A DNA stretch of 64,000 nt. Source: a virus. Its lineage: Duplodnaviria; Caudoviricetes. The stretch is taken from IMG/VR virus record IMGVR_UViG_3300030372_002914, positions 865 to 64,864 of that record. The stretch is one strand, 5' to 3'. Below are positions 16,616 through 22,510 of this stretch, one piece after another. The first letter of the stretch is position 1. Every line of letters begins with the position of its first letter. The translations under genes and the position numbers were made by a program. The notes below the pieces were generated by a model. It saw only the letters and a program-made list of their open reading frames with translations, was not told where the DNA came from and made no database searches.

Positions 16616-16841
16616 TTACTAAAAATTTATCACCATATAATAAATCCATATGACTGATAGTCAATAGATTAGTATGGTTGTGCAATATTATGCTATTAAC
16701 ATCATGTACTTTCAAGTCTGACCAAAAATTAACAGATTTTAAACCGTCAATTAAACTCATAGTTGAAGTAGGATATTTCTTTAAATCTTCCTGTATACTA
16801 TCGCGTATTTCAGGTTTTAGTTTATCATATAAGTTTTTCAT
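16602..16841 (-). CDS. Hypothetical early protein (probably leaderless mRNA)
   Basis: ATG lies 6 nt after GATAAT of motif E5. Confidence 0.65.
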   Translation of the reverse strand: MKNLYDKLKPEIRDSIQEDLKKYPTSTMSLIDGLKSVNFWSDLKVHDVNSIILHNHTNLLTISHMDLLYGDKFLVNDED

Positions 16842-16847
16842 ATTATT

Positions 16848-16877
16848 ATTATCTTACTTTATTCGTATTTAATTTGT
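16848..16877 (-). promoter_or_regulatory. Early promoter-like motif E5
   Basis: ACAAAT-TAAATACGAA-N8-GATAAT-N6-ATG. Confidence 0.75.
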
Positions 16878-16881
16878 ATTA

Positions 16882-16966
16882 GCAGCTTGGGGAGGAATCG
16901 AACCTCCCAACCCGTCAGTTAACACTACAGCATTATTATATTGCTTTAGGCACCCAGTTCAAGCTG
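16882..16966 (-). ncRNA. tRNA-like RNA / degenerate class II tRNA (possible Leu-UAA remnant)
   Basis: Perfect acceptor CAGCTTG/CAAGCTG, T-arm GGGAGG-TTCGATT-CCTCCC, variable-arm hairpin TAGT-GTTA-ACTG; anticodon arm AGCAA-TATAATA-ATGCT lacks U33; no D-stem. Confidence 0.55.
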
Positions 16967-17210
16967 ATCAGAGTCGTGAGTGTGGTTATTCCGTTTTATC
17001 TCACATTAGTCCACCTGACTCAAGAGTTATAGTTATTTGTCCGCTAATACTCGTGGTATTGTACACCCTTTCCAGGCGGAGTACTCACTTTTAACTCAAT
17101 TTAGGTATAATAAGAAGGATGTTTCAACCTATCGTTCTAACGGCAAGAAAGTGAGATGACACAAATGTCTACGCGTCTTTCGCCCGTACTTTAGTTCTAC
17201 TTATTATATG
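16967..17210 (-). ncRNA. Candidate array of three structured non-coding RNA domains
   Basis: ORF-free and GC-richer than flanks; closing helices TATAATAAG/CTTATTATA, GAGTTA/TAACTC, GAGTC/GACTC with internal GNRA hairpins and a predicted pseudoknot. Confidence 0.5.
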
Positions 17211-17297
17211 ATAATTATTAGTTTCTGCTGTATACTAGTACAAACATACTTACATCTCCAGCCACGTGAAGGCTATTATTGTTGGAGACTTACGGAA

Positions 17298-17471
17298 TTA
17301 GTTTCCGTATCTTTCGTGCAATGCACCATAATTCTGCATTATACTTACTATTTTATCTTTGCTTAGACCTGAGTAATCTGATACTACACTAGTATTAAAC
17401 ATGTTAGTTACTCCTGATTCTCTTACATCTTCGTAAGCTTGAAAGTCATCTTGTGTTATTTCTATTGTCAT
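17298..17471 (-). CDS. 57-aa DUF5049-like protein (not in ORF track)
   Basis: MTIEITQDDFQAYEDVRESGVTNMFNTSVVSDYSGLSKDKIVSIMQNYGALHERYGN; R.SG.TNMF signature. Confidence 0.7.
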   Translation of the reverse strand: MTIEITQDDFQAYEDVRESGVTNMFNTSVVSDYSGLSKDKIVSIMQNYGALHERYGN

Positions 17472-17487
17472 ATTTACTTATTTTTAG

Positions 17488-17703
17488 TTATTTTAACATA
17501 GTACCATATCCACGTCTACGCGTTTTCTTAAGTATATAAGCAGCATCTTCGCTTGACATGATTTGAATTTCGTTACCGGTCTTGTGATTTGTTATTGGTA
17601 TACAACCATAACGTATCACTGATGAGCAGTTAACGCAAACCTTGTAGCCAAGATCGAGTCGACCTTGTGGCATGGTACTATTACATTTTAAACATTCATT
17701 CAT
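17488..17703 (-). CDS. DksA/TraR-type C4 zinc-finger protein
   Basis: CLKCNSTMPQGRLDLGYKVCVNC matches CxxC..(I/M)P..RL......CxxC. Confidence 0.6.
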   Translation of the reverse strand: MNECLKCNSTMPQGRLDLGYKVCVNCSSVIRYGCIPITNHKTGNEIQIMSSEDAAYILKKTRRRGYGTMLK

Positions 17704-17709
17704 ATTATT

Positions 17710-17739
17710 ATTATCGGATAGTTATCGTATTTATTTTGT
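17710..17739 (-). promoter_or_regulatory. Early promoter-like motif E4
   Basis: ACAAAA-TAAATACGAT-N8-GATAAT-N6-ATG. Confidence 0.75.
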
Positions 17740-17740
17740 G

Positions 17741-17923
17741 TTAGTAACTATCATCTTCTGTTACATTTTCATTTACTATCATTAAAGCGGCTTTTAAACC
17801 ATCAATGTAACCAGATCTATAACACTGAGTTTCATCTTCTGATAAAATTGCTTCTTGATAATGTGAATAATCAAAGCATTGTTCCATTTCTGCTTCAATT
17901 AAATCTTTTATTGCTTGTTTCAT
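17741..17923 (-). CDS. Hypothetical early protein
   Basis: Packed ORF. Confidence 0.6.
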   Translation of the reverse strand: MKQAIKDLIEAEMEQCFDYSHYQEAILSEDETQCYRSGYIDGLKAALMIVNENVTEDDSY

Positions 17924-17924
17924 A

Positions 17925-18518
17925 TTAAGTTAAATTATAACGGTGACCGTTGATTATTACTTGAATATCATCTATATTATCTTCTAATATTCTATTCACT
18001 GCGTTGTCTACAAATGGTAATTGGTTACTCTTTTCGTTTTTCCAATACTCACTTCTATACATATCCATTAGTTTAATTTGATAATCATTTACTCTGTAAA
18101 AACTAGCACCAGTTTGTTTTCTGTAGTAGTTTTTAAGTATATAATTACAAAGGTAAACATAGCGATCTTCGTGAGTATCTATCATTATTCGCTCTTTTCT
18201 TTTGCTTTTACGATACTTACCTGTCCACTCACCTTCATAGTTATAGTCTTTAAGGTATTCGTCATTCACACGAGTTCTATTTAGTTGATAACAACACCAA
18301 CTAGCACCTTTGCTATTAACTAGCATTTTACGTACATAGCCACTTTTGTAAATAGAGAATCTATTTATTTCTTGTTGACCACCGGCGTACATAGTTTTAA
18401 ATGGTAGCTCAAATACTTGAGTACCTTGTTTACTTTGCCAATCTTTAGTGACATCTTTTATACCAAGCAAGTCGAATATCGCTCTTGCTTCGTGTATACT
18501 TTTTACTTTATTTTCCAT
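17925..18518 (-). CDS. Hypothetical early protein
   Basis: 197-aa ORF with phage codon usage. Confidence 0.7.
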   Translation of the reverse strand: MENKVKSIHEARAIFDLLGIKDVTKDWQSKQGTQVFELPFKTMYAGGQQEINRFSIYKSGYVRKMLVNSKGASWCCYQLNRTRVNDEYLKDYNYEGEWTGKYRKSKRKERIMIDTHEDRYVYLCNYILKNYYRKQTGASFYRVNDYQIKLMDMYRSEYWKNEKSNQLPFVDNAVNRILEDNIDDIQVIINGHRYNLT

Positions 18519-18523
18519 ATTAT

Positions 18524-18730
18524 TTAATATTTTAGTGGTTCTGGCAAGTATTTATCATACAAATCATCAGCTTCTTTGCCAAAACCTGCGTCTTTTAATG
18601 CATTTATTACTTTATTTATAGTATTCCAAGCGTTTTGACCACACTCATATACACTATAATCATCACTATATTGGTAAAACCAGTCGTGATTTTGTAGTAA
18701 TTTCTCTAATGTTTGTAATTTTGTTTTCAT
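18524..18730 (-). CDS. Hypothetical early protein (L..HDWFYQYSDD type); start reassigned to ATG 18730
   Basis: ATG lies 6 nt after GATAAT of motif E3. Confidence 0.65.
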   Translation of the reverse strand: MKTKLQTLEKLLQNHDWFYQYSDDYSVYECGQNAWNTINKVINALKDAGFGKEADDLYDKYLPEPLKY

Positions 18731-18736
18731 ATTATT

Positions 18737-18766
18737 ATTATCCACACTCATTCGTATTTATATTGT
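18737..18766 (-). promoter_or_regulatory. Early promoter-like motif E3
   Basis: ACAATA-TAAATACGAA-N8-GATAAT-N6-ATG; begins at the tRNA-Arg discriminator base. Confidence 0.75.
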
Positions 18767-18839
18767 GACTGAGGTAGGATTCGAACCTACACTCCATACC
18801 TTAGAAGGGTATTGCTTTATCCAGTTAAGCTACTCAGCC
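18766..18839 (-). tRNA. trnR: tRNA-Arg(UCU)
   Basis: Acceptor GGCTGAG/CTCAGTC, D-loop with TGG, anticodon arm ATACC-CTTCTAA-GGTAT, T-arm GTAGG-TTCGAAT-CCTAC; CCA not encoded; AGA is the visibly dominant Arg codon in the window. Confidence 0.93.
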
Positions 18840-18950
18840 ATAGTTTTTCCAGTTTTTTATGTAATAAATACACCAAATTATTGCTAAAGGAAATAGTATT
18901 TTTGTAAAAGTACCAGCTTCATTCAACTGACTCACCAATTCTCCTATCAT
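18834..18950 (-). CDS. 38-aa single-TM micro-protein (not in ORF track)
   Basis: MIGELVSQLNEAGTFTKILFPLAIIWCIIYIKNWKNYG; stop overlaps the tRNA 5' end. Confidence 0.45.
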   Translation of the reverse strand: MIGELVSQLNEAGTFTKILFPLAIIWCIYYIKNWKNYG

Positions 18951-18952
18951 AT

Positions 18953-19114
18953 TTAGTCATTTTTACTTGGATCATAATAGTATTCTATTATATATGTTTC
19001 ACCGGTTTCTATATCATAATTGTATTCTATTCTGTAAGGTTCTTCCTCAACCGTTAATCGCTGGCTAGCGCAAGAGCACATTAGTATGCATAAAATTGTT
19101 ATTAATTTCTTCAT
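18953..19114 (-). CDS. Small lipoprotein
   Basis: MKKLITILCILMCSC-ASQ signal peptidase II-type leader; start reassigned to 19114. Confidence 0.6.
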   Translation of the reverse strand: MKKLITILCILMCSCASQRLTVEEEPYRIEYNYDIETGETYIIEYYYDPSKND

Positions 19115-19124
19115 ATTATTTAAT

Positions 19125-19397
19125 TTAGTGGTTAGTAATTCCATTAGCTTCTGCTAAATTATGCAAGAATATATCAAATTCTGCTGTTTCTTTAGCTATT
19201 TTTTCATTTAATAGTTCACCACACTTCTCATATTCTTCGGTATTTTCAAAGTATTCTATTACTTCGTCAATATCTTCATTAGTATAATCAAATGGATCAC
19301 CATAAAACATTGCTTTTTTATTTTTACTTAAAATCTCATCTACAGTAGATTTTAAAGTCATCACTCTATACGAGTTGTTCATGCACTTATCTATCAT
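19125..19397 (-). CDS. Hypothetical protein with UVR-like YFE..EEYEKC motif
   Basis: IEYFENTEEYEKCGELL. Confidence 0.65.
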   Translation of the reverse strand: MIDKCMNNSYRVMTLKSTVDEILSKNKKAMFYGDPFDYTNEDIDEVIEYFENTEEYEKCGELLNEKIAKETAEFDIFLHNLAEANGITNH

Positions 19398-19534
19398 ATT
19401 AATTCTATTATTGCTTCTGGTTTTAGTTGTATGTTATCACTCATTGCACACTCATCTTTCATATATACTAGTTCACTTAATTGTAAAGTGTACAAGTATT
19501 CTTTAGTATAATTAGTGTCAAACTGTAATATCAT
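19394..19534 (-). CDS. 46-aa hypothetical micro-protein (not in ORF track)
   Basis: MILQFDTNYTKEYLYTLQ...; ATGA coupling with the next gene. Confidence 0.45.
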   Translation of the reverse strand: MILQFDTNYTKEYLYTLQLSELVYMKDECAMSDNIQLKPEAIIELI

Positions 19535-19550
19535 ATTTATTATATACTGT

Positions 19551-19697
19551 TTATAATTCATTTACTTTATTTTTAGTAGTGGATTCACTACAACATTTCA
19601 AGTTATGTGTCCATTTCTTGTCACCGTTAAGGTTATCAAGTAATATTAACGCTTGACTTGTTAAGTCTTTTCCACATTTTTTACATATTATTATCAT
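19551..19697 (-). CDS. 48-aa Cys-containing micro-protein
   Basis: MIIICKKCGK...KCC; start reassigned to the ATG just 3' of the minihelix. Confidence 0.45.
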   Translation of the reverse strand: MIIICKKCGKDLTSQALILLDNLNGDKKWTHNLKCCSESTTKNKVNEL

Positions 19698-19699
19698 AG

Positions 19700-19740
19700 T
19701 GGTAATGGTGAGAATCGAACTCACTTGAACCATTATTACC
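19700..19740 (-). ncRNA. tRNA minihelix-like element (acceptor stem + T-arm only)
   Basis: GGTAATA-ATGGTTCAA-GTGAG-TTCGATT-CTCAC-CATTACC-A. Confidence 0.55.
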
Positions 19741-19789
19741 GTTTGTCATTCATATTATTTTAAGTCATTAAATGTTACTCAACGCTGAC

Positions 19790-19900
19790 TTATACAACTG
19801 CATTGTACACTAATAGTCCGAGAAAATACACCAGTGATGAAGTAGTTATAAGTATAACTGATGTTACTATAATTTCCTCGTGTGAAAATTTATATTTCAT
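19790..19900 (-). CDS. 36-aa single-TM micro-protein (not in ORF track)
   Basis: MKYKFSHEEIIVTSVILITTSSLVYFLGLLVYNAVV; start overlaps the upstream stop. Confidence 0.45.
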   Translation of the reverse strand: MKYKFSHEEIIVTSVILITTSSLVYFLGLLVYNAVV

Positions 19901-20136
19901 TATACTATTTCTTCATTTCTCACTGATAATGGTAAGTTATTACTCGCAGTATATGATTTATACTTTGCCCAACACGCCATACTTTCAAGTTTTGATTTCA
20001 TTATTGAAAACACTTTGTCGTGATTATAAGTGGCAGTTTTACCATTTTTGAATTCAACATTGATAGTTACATTTTTACCTACAAGTGATTGTCTCACTAC
20101 AAATCTCTTGGAATTTATTACATTATTATTTGTCAT
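19900..20136 (-). CDS. First gene of the early arm, hypothetical
   Basis: Directly downstream of tandem motifs E1/E2. Confidence 0.65.
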   Translation of the reverse strand: MTNNNVINSKRFVVRQSLVGKNVTINVEFKNGKTATYNHDKVFSIMKSKLESMACWAKYKSYTASNNLPLSVRNEEIV

Positions 20137-20175
20137 AATTATTTATTTTAGTTATTATATTTTAGTTACATTATT

Positions 20176-20205
20176 ATTATCGAAATAGTTTCGTATTTAG
20201 TTTGT
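20176..20205 (-). promoter_or_regulatory. Early promoter-like motif E2
   Basis: ACAAAC-TAAATACGAA-N8-GATAAT. Confidence 0.75.
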
Positions 20206-20293
20206 AAAAGTATATTAATTGTTTATATATTTATTATTGTTAGTATATATTCCGCCACTTCTCTTTGTCCACAATTTGTTTACATAATTATTA

Positions 20294-20341
20294 TGTGACA
20301 TTAGTATGTTAAGTATTAAAGAGTAATAAGCAATTGTCATA
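20294..20341. promoter_or_regulatory. 48-bp dyad site TGTGACA-N34-TGTCATA (copy 2)
   Basis: Same 34-nt spacing as 14584-14631; the reverse complement of its core matches copy 1 at 19/34 positions. Confidence 0.55.
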
Positions 20342-20385
20342 CTTTATTATTATATTATTATTATATTAATTTCGTTTACAGTATT

Positions 20386-20415
20386 ATTATCGAATGAAAG
20401 TAGTATTTACTTTGT
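20386..20415 (-). promoter_or_regulatory. Early promoter-like motif E1
   Basis: ACAAAG-TAAATACTAC-N8-GATAAT. Confidence 0.65.
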
Positions 20416-20575
20416 AATATAATATATATATACTGGAAAATATATGATATATAAATTGCACGAAGAAAATACTTAAATGTATTGATAATATAATTGAATG
20501 TGTTTTTGGAAATGGAAATGCGGAAAAATGAAATATGGTATATGTATGCGGGCTGGCGAAGAGGTTTCAGTTTGA

Positions 20576-20622
20576 GGGGAGGGGTGGGTAGTCTGGGAGG
20601 TAGGGGGAGCACTTTACCCCTA
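20576..20622 (+). other. G-quadruplex-forming tract plus overlapping hairpin at the divergence point of the two arms
   Basis: GGGG-A-GGGG-T-GGG-TAGTCT-GGG-AGGTA-GGGGG; hairpin TAGGGG/CCCCTA (20601-20622). Confidence 0.55.
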
Positions 20623-20657
20623 TATTTATAATACGGCATTAAATATACCAAACACTA

Positions 20658-20670
20658 TGTAATTATGTAA
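20658..20670 (+). promoter_or_regulatory. Putative late promoter motif
   Basis: TGTAATTATGTAA upstream of the first plus-arm gene. Confidence 0.45.
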
Positions 20671-20725
20671 AGTATGGAATAACGGTAAGTAACCGTATAA
20701 TATTAAAGCTTTAAAACAATAGAAA

Positions 20726-21193
20726 ATGAGTAATTACATAAAACCAACTTTAACTATAACGTCAAACGCTAGTTCGGCTACTACAGATCCCGGACCATTA
20801 AGTGTTGCGTTAGCACTTTCTGCTGTCCCAGATGACAGTGGTAGATTAACAGTAGACAAAGTACAATCAAGAACACACACATTCGCAAGTGCAACAGATC
20901 ACTTCACAATAATCGATGCTAGTGCTGAGGATTTAGGATCGCAAGTAGCAGGTTTAAATGGGTGCTTTGTATATGCAAGAAACGCATCGGCCTCTGATTT
21001 AGATGTATATATTGGTAATACACACGATTTAGCGGCAGCAGATTTAGCCGCTAATGAAACTTACGACAGGCTATTTACACTAAGAAAAGGTGAATTTGCA
21101 TTTTTCCCATGGGATTATACTGGTGACCTCACTACAGACGGAGCATCTGGCGCTAAAATAGAGTACTTTGTGTTTAATAGAGCTAACTCATAG
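20726..21193 (+). CDS. Probable virion structural protein
   Basis: Ala/Thr/Ser-rich beta-type composition; first gene of the late arm. Confidence 0.55.
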   Translation: MSNYIKPTLTITSNASSATTDPGPLSVALALSAVPDDSGRLTVDKVQSRTHTFASATDHFTIIDASAEDLGSQVAGLNGCFVYARNASASDLDVYIGNTHDLAAADLAANETYDRLFTLRKGEFAFFPWDYTGDLTTDGASGAKIEYFVFNRANS

Positions 21194-21239
21194 AAATAAT
21201 AAGGAAAATCCTTATACCTAATTAACAAAACCAAATAAC

Positions 21240-21533
21240 ATGACATACATATACTATAAAAGTAGTACATATACTACAGAACCTAAAATTTCAGATAAAC
21301 AATTAGATGAGTGGAAGCACTTAGCTGAAAAAAAGAACTGGAGAATCACTCAATTACCTAATGGTTATTACCAAACAGAGGTAAATGCACCTGAAAATGC
21401 AGAAAAATGGGTTGATATCACCAGAAGAGAGACTCTAGAGGGTGCAGAAGCTGCAATAGAAGGCAGTGTTGAGCATTTTAGTAAAAAACTAGAGTACATT
21501 AAAGGCCCTAAAGTGGTAAAAACTTTTAAATAA
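21240..21533 (+). CDS. Hypothetical protein
   Basis: WRITQLPNGYYQTE...TRRETLEGAEAAI. Confidence 0.7.
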   Translation: MTYIYYKSSTYTTEPKISDKQLDEWKHLAEKKNWRITQLPNGYYQTEVNAPENAEKWVDITRRETLEGAEAAIEGSVEHFSKKLEYIKGPKVVKTFK

Positions 21534-21539
21534 AACTAT

Positions 21540-21896
21540 ATGGCGTTCAAATTAGGTAAAGAAAAGCGAAATTTCAAACATTCTGGTAATGTTAAGCTAG
21601 TTAGGACACCATTAGATAAAGGAACGATAGCAGAAGCCAGAAATGATGGTACTATAGCTGTTAATCCTGATGTAAAACCTAATAGCGCTTTAATGAAAAG
21701 AGTTATTAAACATGAAATGAAGCATCTTCAGGACATGAAAGACGGTAGAGCTGCATATGGAGACAATTGGGTCATGTGGGAAGATAAGATCTACTTTCGA
21801 AGAAATGGTATGATCGACGGTCCAGCGGGTAGATTACCTGAAGGACATAAAGATCACCCATGGGAGCAAGAAGCTATTGCTGCCGAAAAAGAATAA
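21540..21896 (+). CDS. Small zincin-like metallopeptidase with MAFKL leader
   Basis: HEMKH (HExxH) plus downstream PWEQEA third-ligand motif; preceded by G.IAVN strand. Confidence 0.7.
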   Translation: MAFKLGKEKRNFKHSGNVKLVRTPLDKGTIAEARNDGTIAVNPDVKPNSALMKRVIKHEMKHLQDMKDGRAAYGDNWVMWEDKIYFRRNGMIDGPAGRLPEGHKDHPWEQEAIAAEKE

Positions 21897-21927
21897 ATAA
21901 AAAATTAATCGATTAAACTTATAAAAA

Positions 21928-22464
21928 ATGGCATTTAAACTAAAAGGGATGGGATTCGGTGAAGGTACCGGATATAAATCCCCACAAATGATGAAAAAAG
22001 AAGCTGCAATGAAAATGAAAAAAGAAGCAGCTATGAAACTTAAAAAAGATTCAGCGATGGATATGAAAAAAGATTCAGCGATGAAAATGAAGGGGAAGTC
22101 TGCATACAAGAAAAATGGAAACGATAAAAAAATAGTGAACACAAGGACTTTAACAAAAGCTCAGTCAGCGCACCAAAACATAAGGAACATATTAGGACTT
22201 GATAAAAGAAAAAGGGACACCACTATTGGGACTAAAGGTGAAGGCAAATATTATTCCACAAAGGATATAAAGCCGTTAAAACATGAGACTCCTGAGCAAT
22301 TTAAAAAGAGAAAAAAGTCGGTATCTAAGTATATTTCTAAACAACAATTAAAGACACTTTCGGGAGACGGCCCTACAGATGTTGGTAAAATAAAGGATTT
22401 TGAAAAAGGTACAGAAGCTATTCATGCAGTTCAACATATGGCGAACAAAAGAAAAAAGAAGTAG
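21928..22464 (+). CDS. Lys/Met-rich basic protein with MAFKLKG leader and tandem repeats
   Basis: MAFKLKGMGFG; five 8-aa repeats followed by SAYKK-NGNDKK. Confidence 0.75.
   Translation: MAFKLKGMGFGEGTGYKSPQMMKKEAAMKMKKEAAMKLKKDSAMDMKKDSAMKMKGKSAYKKNGNDKKIVNTRTLTKAQSAHQNIRNILGLDKRKRDTTIGTKGEGKYYSTKDIKPLKHETPEQFKKRKKSVSKYISKQQLKTLSGDGPTDVGKIKDFEKGTEAIHAVQHMANKRKKK
21991..22110 (+). repeat. 5 x 24-bp coding tandem repeat (MKKEAAMK / MKKDSAMK units)
   Basis: atgaaaaaagaagctgcaatgaaa and four degenerate copies. Confidence 0.9.
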
Positions 22465-22510
22465 AACTTTAAATCTACAATAAATATAATCTAATTAAAT
22501 TAAATACATT

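Noticed and set aside
16967-17297. Group II intron, hammerhead, twister or pistol ribozyme assignment
   Set aside because: No domain V AGC/CGC triad context, no CUGANGA-GAAA core and no clear twister/pistol consensus; left as unassigned structured RNA
15837-20415. CRISPR array or RNA repeat array from the recurring TAAATACG motif
   Set aside because: Copies are 0.2-1.4 kb apart, sit at gene starts and have no regular spacers; they behave as promoters
20376-20651. 91-aa minus-strand ORF across the divergence region
   Set aside because: Low-complexity translation of the G-tract and AT-rich promoter DNA; overlaps regulatory motifs
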